64,000 nucleotides of DNA from Clostridiales bacterium (lineage in GTDB: Bacteria > Bacillota > Clostridia > Saccharofermentanales > Saccharofermentanaceae). A model generated the notes under the pieces. The model saw only the letters and a list, made by a program, of their open reading frames with translations, was not told the DNA's origin and made no database searches. A program made the position numbers and the translations under genes. Location: contig JAFZQI010000021.1 of NCBI GenBank assembly GCA_017620475.1, positions 3,063-67,062 of the forward strand, written 5' to 3'. Shown here piece after piece: positions 1-8,589 of the stretch; position 1 is the stretch's first letter, and the number at the start of each line of letters is the position of its first letter.

Positions 1-537
1 GAAGATACGAAGCTTACGGCGGAACCGAAGAGCGGCGTGACCATGCGGCTTAACTGGACAGAGGTAAACGGAGCGCAGGTCTATGAGATCTATCGCGCGA
101 CATCGGCTGCCGGTCCGTACACGTATGTCAAAGCCACCACCGGGACATCCACATCCGATACCGGACTTGTTGCCGGTACGAGATACTATTACATGGTCCG
201 CGCCAAAAGCACTGTGAACGGCGAAGTTTCGTATAGTAAATATGCCGGTGCGGTTTCGGTAGCGCTTGCTACGCCGACTCTTGAAAGTGCGGCGTATGGT
301 GTCGGAAAGGGAGTGACACTGAAGTGGACGAAGGCCAGCGGTGCCGATCGCTATAACGTATATAAGTACAACACCAAATCGGGAAAATACGAGTATGTCA
401 CCAGCGTCCTCGGCGGTACATTGATGTACACGGATCCGGTTGGTAAGAAAGGCGATTACTATAAGGTCAGAGCGTATAAGCGTGTCGGCGGTGTCGTCTA
501 TTACGGCGGATGGAGTAACGCTAAAGCAGGAAAATAA
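1..537 (+). CDS. Fn3-like repeat surface protein, C-terminal fragment (N-terminus lies outside the window)
   Basis: Frame 1 is open from base 1 to the TAA at 535-537. The translation shows two ~85-aa repeats with an Fn3-like pattern (W..V.GA..Y.IYRA...G.Y ... RYYYMVRA / DYYKVRAY). Confidence 0.6.
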   Translation, partial: EDTKLTAEPKSGVTMRLNWTEVNGAQVYEIYRATSAAGPYTYVKATTGTSTSDTGLVAGTRYYYMVRAKSTVNGEVSYSKYAGAVSVALATPTLESAAYGVGKGVTLKWTKASGADRYNVYKYNTKSGKYEYVTSVLGGTLMYTDPVGKKGDYYKVRAYKRVGGVVYYGGWSNAKAGK

Positions 538-580
538 AAGTAGTACTGACATAGAAAAAGACAGAAGAAGGATTGCATTT

Positions 581-1258
581 ATGACGTATAAGATCCTGGT
601 GGTGGAGGATGATTTCACCATTGCATCTGAACTGAAGACCATGATGACCGGCTGGGGCTATGAAGTGAAGCTCACCGAGAATTTCGAAGATATCCTCGGT
701 GAATTCCAGTTGTTCGCACCGCACCTGATCCTCATGGATATCGGCCTTCCTTTTGCCAATGGATTTATCCGATGTGCGAAGATCCGGGAAGTCTCCAAAG
801 TGCCGGTGATCTTCCTGTCGTCTGCTTCAGATAACATTAACCTTGTCACGGCGATCAATATGGGCGCAGATGACTTTGTCGCCAAGCCCTTTGACTTTAA
901 TGTTCTCACGGCGAAGATCATGGCGGTGCTTCGCCGGGCCTATGCTTTTACCGAAGAAAAGAGCGACGTCATCGAGTATAAAGGGGCGGCCTACAATGCT
1001 TCGGATTCCACCATTACCGTCAACGGACAGAAACTCGATCTGACAAAGAATGAGAACCGTATCCTTTCGGCACTTCTTTCCGCCAAGGGTTCGATCGTAT
1101 CGAGAAACACTCTGATGCAGCAGCTTTGGGATGATGATTGTTTTGTCGATGAGAATACGCTTTCCGTAAATATCAACCGCCTGCGTAAGAAACTTGAGAC
1201 CGCAGGCCTTCCTGACTTCATTTCCACGAAGAAAGGACAGGGATATATCATTGAGTAA
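581..1258 (+). CDS. OmpR-family response regulator (BceR-like)
   Basis: The ATG at 581 (MTYKILVVEDD...) starts a receiver domain, followed by a winged-helix output (LTKNENRILSALL...GQGYIIE). The longer 440 start has no support. The sensor kinase lies immediately downstream. Confidence 0.9.
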   Translation: MTYKILVVEDDFTIASELKTMMTGWGYEVKLTENFEDILGEFQLFAPHLILMDIGLPFANGFIRCAKIREVSKVPVIFLSSASDNINLVTAINMGADDFVAKPFDFNVLTAKIMAVLRRAYAFTEEKSDVIEYKGAAYNASDSTITVNGQKLDLTKNENRILSALLSAKGSIVSRNTLMQQLWDDDCFVDENTLSVNINRLRKKLETAGLPDFISTKKGQGYIIE

Positions 1259-2315
1259 GAAGGTGCTCGGTTCTTATCTGCGCAGCCGCCTGAGCGCGAT
1301 CCTTAGCGGTACCGTCTGTATCCTGGTGAGTGCGTTTATTTGCTGGATCTACGGAAAATCACTGATGCCGGCGATCCTGACGGCGGCGATCCTTCTGCTT
1401 CTGGGTATGGTCTTCGGCGTGCCGGGTTATAGAAAGTTTGCTAAGAAACATGCCATGCTGGAGCGGGGAATGGAATTCCCGGAATCCCTGGCGGATGATT
1501 TTTCGGCGAAACTTCGCCAGAGAGAAGGCGAGAGCACCGATCCGGAAGAAAAGATCGGGCTTTTGGAAGAAGACTACCGGAAACTCGTTGTGAAACTATT
1601 TGAAGAGGCTTCAAAGGAGAGGGAGTCGCATTCTTCCAGTTATCATGCGATGCTGGATTACTATACCATGTGGGTCCACCAGATTAAGACACCGATCTCG
1701 GCGTTATCGCTGATCATCCAGAACATGAAGGACCAGGAGACGGCAAGCCGCCTGAAGGCGCAGCTTCTGCAGGTGGAAAACTACGTGGATATGGCACTCA
1801 ATTACCTGCGTCTGGGTTCAGAGAGTAATGATCTGCAATTCTCGAAAGTCAATGTTGACGATGTCGTACGATCCGAGATCAAGCGGGCGATGACTTTGTT
1901 CCTGTCCAAGGGCCTTTCCGTAGACTTTCAGCCCTCGAATCTTGAGGTGACTACAGATAAGAAGTGGCTCGGATTTATCGTCGGACAGCTGATCTCAAAT
2001 GCCATCAAGTATCAGAAGAGCGGTACCGTGCATTTCTACGGAAATGAGAACTCGATTACGATCGAGGATGAGGGGACCGGTATTGCGAAAGAGGATCTCC
2101 CTCGGATCTTTGAGAAGGGCTATACCGGCTATAACGGACACAATGAGAAAAAGTCCACAGGGCTCGGCCTTTACCTCGTCAAATGTGCCGCGGACATGAT
2201 TTCCGCCAAGGTGGTCTTCGACTCGGAGGTCGGACGCGGAACCAGGGTCACAGTGCTTCTTCCGAAACCGGCGTCAACCTTTGGAATGAATTCTTGTTCC
2301 TTTCGGGAATGGTGA
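1251..2315 (+). CDS. Intramembrane-sensing histidine kinase (BceS-like)
   Basis: Two N-terminal TM helices are separated by a very short loop. An H-box region (WVHQIKTPISAL) and HATPase motifs (EDEGTGI, GLGLYLV) are present. A TTG start at 1251 overlaps the RR stop; the exact start is uncertain (GTG at 1263 is an alternative). Confidence 0.85.
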   Translation: MSKKVLGSYLRSRLSAILSGTVCILVSAFICWIYGKSLMPAILTAAILLLLGMVFGVPGYRKFAKKHAMLERGMEFPESLADDFSAKLRQREGESTDPEEKIGLLEEDYRKLVVKLFEEASKERESHSSSYHAMLDYYTMWVHQIKTPISALSLIIQNMKDQETASRLKAQLLQVENYVDMALNYLRLGSESNDLQFSKVNVDDVVRSEIKRAMTLFLSKGLSVDFQPSNLEVTTDKKWLGFIVGQLISNAIKYQKSGTVHFYGNENSITIEDEGTGIAKEDLPRIFEKGYTGYNGHNEKKSTGLGLYLVKCAADMISAKVVFDSEVGRGTRVTVLLPKPASTFGMNSCSFREW

Positions 2316-3310
2316 CGATCCCTGAGGGTATACATCTTAGTTATAATACGTATCTCACGATTTCCGGTGCGCTGGACGAGAGTGTGATCATCCCGGTTGA
2401 AATGGCTGCCCCCGGTGTTTTTGCCAAGGGTGGAGAAACGTATACCATTACACAGAAAGATGTGGCGAACTTTACCAGTATCAATAAGGACTATGGCGTC
2501 CGCCTGAATGCAAATAACGAACTGGAACTGTTCGAAAAGAAAGCATGTATGGTTTCCCTTTTGAAACACCAGCTGTCGCTCGGCAGCGATATCGGCGTGA
2601 TCTTCCGCGTGAAGATCCCTTCTTCGATCGCCGGGGATATCCATCCGGTATTCGTCTACAAAGATAAAGAGGAAGCGGCAGACCTCGGTTCTCCGATCTT
2701 CGGTACGAAGGACGAGTATAAAGTGATGTACCGTGTTCCGGCCAAGGAGATGGGAAATCTCATCGGATTGAAGTTTGAAGATGGAGATGGAAATGTGGTC
2801 GGATTCCTGGATAAAGAAGGAACGGAATTTGATAACGGCATCAATTTCTATTCCGTCATCGACTACTGTGATGAACTTCTCCTGCAGGTGGGGAACGATC
2901 CGGCTTACGCGGAACTCGTGGACCTCGTGATCGCACTTCAGAATTACGGTCATTACGCGCAGGCCTACTTCAAGAGCGGGGATACCCTTCCGGCTCTGAT
3001 CGGTGATAACTATCTCGATTCTGTATCCGCAAGTGATTTTGCCGGTTACGACGTCGAAAGATCGGGCGATGAGATCGGTATCTTCCAGAAGACGATGTCC
3101 CTCATCCTCAAGAGTACGACGATCATCCGTCACCGTTTCGTGCTGGAGGAAGGGCACGATATCAGTGAATACACCTTCACCTGCGGAGACCGGGTACTGG
3201 ATGCGGTTCCTGTCGGTACGGACGGAAAAGAATACTTCATTTTCATCGACGGTATTGTTCCGCAGAAACTGGACTTTGAGTATACTTTAGTTGTCACATC
3301 GGACGCGTGA
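2309..3310 (+). CDS. Hypothetical protein with no recognisable signal peptide; the same frame stays open after the TGA to 3442
   Basis: The ATG at 2309 overlaps the kinase stop (2313-2315). The 333-codon frame has coding-like composition and ends at TGA 3308-3310. It is followed by 43 more sense codons in the same frame (see findings). Confidence 0.55.
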   Translation: MVTIPEGIHLSYNTYLTISGALDESVIIPVEMAAPGVFAKGGETYTITQKDVANFTSINKDYGVRLNANNELELFEKKACMVSLLKHQLSLGSDIGVIFRVKIPSSIAGDIHPVFVYKDKEEAADLGSPIFGTKDEYKVMYRVPAKEMGNLIGLKFEDGDGNVVGFLDKEGTEFDNGINFYSVIDYCDELLLQVGNDPAYAELVDLVIALQNYGHYAQAYFKSGDTLPALIGDNYLDSVSASDFAGYDVERSGDEIGIFQKTMSLILKSTTIIRHRFVLEEGHDISEYTFTCGDRVLDAVPVGTDGKEYFIFIDGIVPQKLDFEYTLVVTSDA

Positions 3311-3468
3311 GCGTATCAGGTCAAGTGCTGTGCACTGGCTTATGGTAAACTGGCATTTGAGAAGAGTTCGGACGAAGACCTTCTTAACGTAGTCAAGGCG
3401 CTGTACCTTTATAACCGTGCGGCGGACACATATGTGGGCTGATCTTTATGACAGGGGAGGAGATGCAC

Positions 3469-3555
3469 ATGAAAGAACAATACGAATTGCTTGATCTGGA
3501 GATCGTTGTATTTGAGTGTGAAGATGTAATCGACGACAGTCTTCCGGATTTTTAA
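3469..3555 (+). CDS. Small acidic ORF, 28 codons (MKEQYELLDLEIVVFECEDVIDDSLPDF)
   Basis: An AGGGGAGG motif at 3453-3460 sits 8 nt upstream of the ATG at 3469. The stop is TAA at 3553-3555, and a perfect 13-bp-stem terminator follows 37 nt downstream. Confidence 0.35.
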   Translation: MKEQYELLDLEIVVFECEDVIDDSLPDF

Positions 3556-3592
3556 AGAAGTCTTCCTTTTAGACTTTAAGCCGTGCGCTTTC

Positions 3593-3631
3593 ACGCCAAT
3601 CTTACGAAAATGTAAGATTGGCGTTGCTTTT
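3593..3631 (+). terminator. Rho-independent terminator
   Basis: ACGCCAATCTTAC (3593-3605) and GTAAGATTGGCGT (3612-3624) form a perfect 13-bp stem with a 6-nt loop, followed by TGCTTTTG. Confidence 0.8.
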
Positions 3632-3680
3632 GTAAGATAAATCAATGGTAAGATAGACTCCGGTTCGGTAAGATGAGACG
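3599..3680 (+). promoter_or_regulatory. GTAAGAT heptamer repeats upstream of the ABC transporter genes (candidate response-regulator boxes)
   Basis: GTAAGAT occurs at 3612, 3632, 3648 and 3668, and its complement ATCTTAC at 3599. The last two copies extend to GGTAAGATRGAC and are spaced 20 bp apart, about 75-105 bp upstream of the ATG at 3755. Confidence 0.3.
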
Positions 3681-3754
3681 AGAATAAGGGCGTACGGTGC
3701 TTTTGCAAAAGAACTGTGCCGTGCGGCTTTTGAGGAAAGAGAGGAAGATCTTCT

Positions 3755-4528
3755 ATGTCTATGTTAGAAGTGAAAAATCTGAAGAAGGTATATACAACGC
3801 GTTTCGGCGGCAATAAGGTCGTGGCGCTTCAGAATGTGAATCTTACCGTGGAGCGGGGAGAGTTCGTAGCCATTATGGGTGAGTCCGGTTCGGGCAAGAC
3901 GACGCTGCTGAATATCCTGGCGACGCTGGATAAGCCGACAGAAGGTGAAGTCTTTCTTGACGGAAAGAAGATGAATGATATTAAGGACAAGGAACTGGCG
4001 AAATTCCGCCGGGAGCGCCTGGGCTTTGTTTTCCAGGAGTTTAACCTTCTGGATAACTTTTCGGTAAGAGATAATATCTATCTGCCGCTGGTCCTGGCAG
4101 ATGTGCATTACACGGAGATGCTTTCCCGCATCAAGCCCATTGCCGCAAAACTTGGGATCTCGGAGATCCTGGATAAATTCCCGTATGAGATCTCCGGCGG
4201 TCAGAAACAGCGTGTGGCGGTGGCCCGGGCAGTCATTACCGAGCCGGAGATCGTTCTGGCGGATGAACCGACCGGCGCGCTGGATTCCCGTTCGACGGAC
4301 GAGCTTCTCGAGCAGTTTTCCAATATCAACAAAGAGGGCCAGACCATCCTGATGGTCACCCACTCCGTTAAGGCCGCAAGTACGGCAGGACGGGTGCTCT
4401 TTATTAAGGACGGTATCGTATATCATCAGATATACAGAGGAAACGAGAGCAACAGTGAATTCTACAGAAGAATATCCGACTCCCTGACCGCGCTTATGGG
4501 CGACGGTTTCCGTGCGGTGAATGATTGA
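3755..4528 (+). CDS. ABC transporter ATP-binding protein (BceA/MacB-type)
   Basis: Walker A (GESGSGKTT), ABC signature (ISGGQKQR) and Walker B (IVLADEPTGALD) motifs are present, with a GAGGAAG RBS. Confidence 0.9.
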   Translation: MSMLEVKNLKKVYTTRFGGNKVVALQNVNLTVERGEFVAIMGESGSGKTTLLNILATLDKPTEGEVFLDGKKMNDIKDKELAKFRRERLGFVFQEFNLLDNFSVRDNIYLPLVLADVHYTEMLSRIKPIAAKLGISEILDKFPYEISGGQKQRVAVARAVITEPEIVLADEPTGALDSRSTDELLEQFSNINKEGQTILMVTHSVKAASTAGRVLFIKDGIVYHQIYRGNESNSEFYRRISDSLTALMGDGFRAVND

Positions 4529-4546
4529 TAGCGGAGGATTGCGGAT

Positions 4547-6568
4547 ATGAGAAGTATTTATGCAAGACTTGCGGGTAATGCCTTAAGCAAGAATAAGATC
4601 ATCTATGTTCCTTACATCATTTCTACGATCATGATGATCACCATCACCTATATTATTTTCGCGATGTCCACCGATCCGGTCATCTCGCAGATCGAAGGCG
4701 GTGCCTCGCTTCAGATGATCATGGTATTCGGAATCTTTGTCATGTACAATGTCTCGTTTTTCTTTCTCTTCGGCGTCAGCCGTTTCGTGATCAAGCAGAG
4801 AAAGAAGGAGCTGGGTCTTTACAGTGTCCTCGGCATGCAGAAGAAACACATCATCCGTGTGCAGTTTATCGAGAATCTCGCGGTGTTCCTTATTTCCTCC
4901 ATCTCCGGTACGGTCATCGGTATTGTTCTGGAAAAGGTCATGCAGCTCGGCGTACTGAAGGTGTACCATGCTGAAGCGGATTTCGGCTGGGATATCCAGA
5001 TTCTGCCTGCACTTGTCAATCTTGCCGCATTCGCGATTTTCTTCCTCGTCTTTTTCCTCATCAACGCAGTGGGGATCCTCCGCTCGAATACGCTCGAGTA
5101 CATGAAGGAGGAGAGTAAAGGGGAGAAGAGACCTAAGTCGAACTGGATCCTGGCGATCGCAGGGGGGCTGCTTCTGGGCGCAGGCTACTGGCTTTCTTTC
5201 CGTTCCCAGTCCGCTACAAAAGCACTGAATTTCTTCTTCTACGCGGTGATGCTGGTCATTTTAGGTACGCTGGCGCTGTTTGTGGCGGGAAGTATCACGA
5301 TCCTGAATACACTTAAGAAGAACAGAGAGTATTACTATAAGACTTCGCACTTCATTTCGGTGTCGGGCATGCTCTACCGTATGAAGAGAAATGCCGCTAC
5401 ACTGGCAACGATCTGTATATTTGCAACTATGGTACTCGTGACGCTTTCGTCGGTGCTGACGCTCTACACGACCGTTCGTTCTCTGGCGGAAACCTGGTAT
5501 CCGGTAGATTTTAATGTCACCCTCGATTCGAGTATCAAGCCGGAAGAAAAGAACGAATATATCGGCAGGCTTCGTGCCGGAGCGGAAGCTGTCGGTCTTC
5601 AGATCGATCAGATAGTCGAGTATACGTACTTCAACGAATTCGGATCCGTGGATAACGGATACTGTGTGGCGTATCCGAACTATGCGGCGTTTGATACATC
5701 CGAGATCTTCGTTCTGTCCCTCGAAACATATAATGCGGTAAACGGAACGGACCTTACTCTCGGCGAGAACGAAGTCGGAGTTTTTGTTAACGGCGGGAAG
5801 ATGCCGAGCGGGCAGATCCGGTTCCGTGCGCTGGATCCGGAATATCATGCGAAGCCGGAAGAATCGGAGCCGTTCACGATCGTACCGCTCCCGAAGGCGC
5901 CGAAGATGAGCTACGGAGGAAGTGTCAGCATTGCCGATGGCGTGTATTACTTCGTAATGCCCAGCGAGCAGGCTCAGAGGAAGGTCGGTGCCTATTTCTG
6001 CAGCTCGAGCGAAGAGGTAGAGATGCCCAGAAGCTATGTCCTGATCAATACATCCTCGGACCGTGCAACGCAGCTTCGCTTAAACGAAGACCTGAAAAAC
6101 AGGAGGAAGGAATATGCCTGTTGGAATATCGAATGCCGCGTGGAGAACATCGATGAGGTCACGGGTATCTACGGCGGACTTTTCTTCCTCGGGGTCTTCC
6201 TAAGTATCGCGTTCCTGACGATCACGATCCTCAATATGTACTTCAGCCAGCTTTTGCAGGGTTACGAAGACAGCAGGCGTTTCGCGATCATGAGGAAGGT
6301 AGGCCTTACCCGGAAAGAAATCAAGAGCTCGATCAATTCCCAGATCGTTGTGGTGTTCCTGCTTCCGCTCCTGGTTGCCGTGATCCATACGATGGCGGCT
6401 TATCCGATGGTAAACCGTATCCTTCGTCTTTTCGGCGGATGCGAGCCGAGATCCTTCTTGCTGATCCTGGCCGGATGTATCATCGTGTTCGCGCTGGTAT
6501 ATACGATCGCATATTTCTTCACGAGAAGGACATATCTCAAGCTTGTGAGTAACACCAAAATGGTATAA
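4547..6568 (+). CDS. ABC transporter permease, FtsX family (BceB-like)
   Basis: This 673-aa protein has about 10 predicted TM helices and a large soluble domain of roughly 200 aa between TM7 and TM8. That layout is typical of BceB-type permeases. Confidence 0.9.
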   Translation: MRSIYARLAGNALSKNKIIYVPYIISTIMMITITYIIFAMSTDPVISQIEGGASLQMIMVFGIFVMYNVSFFFLFGVSRFVIKQRKKELGLYSVLGMQKKHIIRVQFIENLAVFLISSISGTVIGIVLEKVMQLGVLKVYHAEADFGWDIQILPALVNLAAFAIFFLVFFLINAVGILRSNTLEYMKEESKGEKRPKSNWILAIAGGLLLGAGYWLSFRSQSATKALNFFFYAVMLVILGTLALFVAGSITILNTLKKNREYYYKTSHFISVSGMLYRMKRNAATLATICIFATMVLVTLSSVLTLYTTVRSLAETWYPVDFNVTLDSSIKPEEKNEYIGRLRAGAEAVGLQIDQIVEYTYFNEFGSVDNGYCVAYPNYAAFDTSEIFVLSLETYNAVNGTDLTLGENEVGVFVNGGKMPSGQIRFRALDPEYHAKPEESEPFTIVPLPKAPKMSYGGSVSIADGVYYFVMPSEQAQRKVGAYFCSSSEEVEMPRSYVLINTSSDRATQLRLNEDLKNRRKEYACWNIECRVENIDEVTGIYGGLFFLGVFLSIAFLTITILNMYFSQLLQGYEDSRRFAIMRKVGLTRKEIKSSINSQIVVVFLLPLLVAVIHTMAAYPMVNRILRLFGGCEPRSFLLILAGCIIVFALVYTIAYFFTRRTYLKLVSNTKMV

Positions 6569-6657
6569 TACTAAATACAGGCGGAAGTTCCAAAAGCAAA
6601 GGTGGGGATCAGTCCCCGCCTTTGACCTGCCATGAAAAAACCGGGAAGGTGATCGTT

Positions 6658-7479
6658 ATGAGATTAGGTACATCCGCTCCGTTAAAACATTCTTCTGCCC
6701 GAGAGTGGGCGGAAAACCAAGTGGATCTGGGCTGCAGAGCAGTCGTATTTCCGCTGTCGGCACAGGATCCGGAAGAAAAGATCGATGAATATCTGGAGGC
6801 CGCCCGTTCGCACGACCTTTTGATCGCCGAAGTGGGCATCTGGCGCAATGCATTATCCCTTGATCCGGAAGAACGAAAGACAAATCGGGAATACTGTATC
6901 GCACAGCTCCGGCTTGCCGACCGGATCGGTGCACGATGTGCAGTCAATGTCGCCGGTGCCATGGGACCAAGATGGGACGGCTATTATAAAGAAAACTTCA
7001 GCGAGGATACAAGAAAACAGATCGTTCTGATGGTTCAGGAGATCATTGACCGGGCGGAAGTGACGAATACCTTCTTTACTTTGGAACCCATGCCCTGGAT
7101 GATCCCTACCGGGCCGGAAGATTACGTGCGGCTTCTTGAGAAAGTAAACCGTGACCGTTTCGCGGTGCACATGGACATCATCAACATGATCCATTCCGCT
7201 GAGCGGTACTTCGAACCGGAACCCTTTATCGACCGCTGTGTAGCACTTCTGGGGGATCGAATCAGAAGCTGCCACATTAAAGATGTGCACTTGAAAGAAG
7301 AGTACACATTCCAGCTTGAAGAGTGTGCTCCGGGACAAGGTGAATTCCCGCTTCGGTACTACGTGGAGAAAATGCACGGGATCGATCCGGAAATGCCGGT
7401 GATCCTTGAACATCTGAACACAGACGAAGAATACATTCAGTATATGAACTACCTTAAGGAGGTGCTCCATGGCCTATAA
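6658..7479 (+). CDS. Sugar phosphate isomerase/epimerase (xylose isomerase-like TIM barrel)
   Basis: The start MRLGTS at 6658 has a GGAAGGTGA RBS. The sequence pattern is typical of the AP endonuclease 2 / xylose isomerase-like family (EPMPW..., HIKD...). Confidence 0.8.
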   Translation: MRLGTSAPLKHSSAREWAENQVDLGCRAVVFPLSAQDPEEKIDEYLEAARSHDLLIAEVGIWRNALSLDPEERKTNREYCIAQLRLADRIGARCAVNVAGAMGPRWDGYYKENFSEDTRKQIVLMVQEIIDRAEVTNTFFTLEPMPWMIPTGPEDYVRLLEKVNRDRFAVHMDIINMIHSAERYFEPEPFIDRCVALLGDRIRSCHIKDVHLKEEYTFQLEECAPGQGEFPLRYYVEKMHGIDPEMPVILEHLNTDEEYIQYMNYLKEVLHGL

Positions 7480-8365
7480 TCGAATCTCTGACGCAAACGA
7501 AATCACTTTACGCTATATGGACAGTATCCTGATCGAGGAGCGGTTGATCGATTCTGTCGTAGCGGACACAAGCACGGAGCTTTTCGGAACGACGTTCGCA
7601 AGTCCTGTGATGACTCCCGCTTTTTCGCATCTGATGCAGTTTAAGGGAAGGGAACTGACCGGCCTTGAAGAGTATTCTCTTGCTGCAAAAGAAATGGGTC
7701 TTCTTAATTTTGTGGGCATGATGGAGAATGATCTTTTCGAAAAGGTAGCATCGACCGGCGCCAGGACCGTACGTATCGTTAAGCCGTACGCGGACCAGGC
7801 CAAGGTCAAGGATCAGATGCAGTTTGCAGAAGAAGCAGGTGCGTTCGGTATCGGTATGGATATCGATCACATCTTCGGAAATAAGGGGCTGGATGTGGTC
7901 ATTGGAGAGCAGATGGCGGTGCAGACATCTGACATGATCCGTTCCTATATCGAATCCACGAAGCTTCCGTTCTTCATTAAAGGCGTCCTTAGTGTGGAGG
8001 ATGCGGTAAAGAGCGCCGAACTCGGCGCAAAGGCGATCATCGTCAGCCACCACCACGGAAGACTTCCCTACGCCGTCCCGCCGCTTATGGTGCTGCCGAA
8101 GATCAAGGAAGCTCTGAAAGGAAAAGATGTGAAGATCATCGTGGACTGCGGGATCGGTTCCGGCGCAGATGTGTATAAGTGTCTGGCACTTGGTGCGGAT
8201 GCGGCGGCGGTGGGCCGTTCCATGCTCCCTTCGCTGGAGGAGCGCGGAATCGAAGGCGTCAAGGATTTCCTTGGAGGAATCACCGATGAACTGCGGTTTA
8301 TCATGAGCTGTACGGGATTTGCAAACGTCAGTCAGATCGACGACAGGTGCATTTTGAAGCCGTGA
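7469..8365 (+). CDS. FMN-dependent alpha-hydroxy-acid dehydrogenase/oxidase family protein
   Basis: The C-terminal half resembles the FMN_dh barrel (FIKGV...ED...A.GA.AIIVSHHHGR ... DCGI.SG.DV.K.LALGA.A..VGR). It overlaps the upstream gene by 11 nt. Confidence 0.65.
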   Translation: MAYNRISDANEITLRYMDSILIEERLIDSVVADTSTELFGTTFASPVMTPAFSHLMQFKGRELTGLEEYSLAAKEMGLLNFVGMMENDLFEKVASTGARTVRIVKPYADQAKVKDQMQFAEEAGAFGIGMDIDHIFGNKGLDVVIGEQMAVQTSDMIRSYIESTKLPFFIKGVLSVEDAVKSAELGAKAIIVSHHHGRLPYAVPPLMVLPKIKEALKGKDVKIIVDCGIGSGADVYKCLALGADAAAVGRSMLPSLEERGIEGVKDFLGGITDELRFIMSCTGFANVSQIDDRCILKP

Positions 8366-8486
8366 ATAATCCGCGTGGCTGGTACTGTGATGGATCAGTT
8401 TCATTGAACTGAGATAATCTTATTTACAATTTCGCCCCATTTCGCCGTTTTCTTCAAGATATCTCCATATTATTACGTACCCTCAA

Positions 8487-8495
8487 TGGTATAAT
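8487..8495 (+). promoter_or_regulatory. Candidate extended -10 promoter element (TGgTATAAT) for the signalling cluster
   Basis: TGGTATAAT lies at 8487-8495, about 95 nt upstream of the first kinase start. I found no convincing -35. Confidence 0.35.
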
Positions 8496-8589
8496 AAAAT
8501 CGGTTAGAAATAACCGTAGAAGTAGTTTTGTTCCTGTTTTCCTAGAGGGGAGGACAACAGGGATCAGGGGAGGAAGATGGCAACGGCGG

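Noticed and set aside
2171-3157. A 328-codon minus-strand ORF opposite the 2309-3310 gene. Similar long antisense ORFs occur at 7508-8404, 10063-11295, 12723-13697, 23587-24720 (+), 27903-28991, 36110-37543, 41391-42383 (+), 46688-48514, 52102-54264, 54122-56677, 57915-59219 (+) and 61414-62760.
   Set aside because: Each lies entirely opposite a gene with clear family motifs and a good RBS. Their translations are Arg/His/Leu-rich, have no recognisable motifs and lack ribosome-binding sites. These are typical shadow ORFs in moderately GC-rich coding DNA.
3308-3310. The in-frame TGA as a selenocysteine codon.
   Set aside because: No SECIS-like hairpin follows the TGA, nothing suggests a redox-active site, and no selenoprotein machinery is visible. 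A nonsense mutation, a sequencing error or read-through are simpler explanations.
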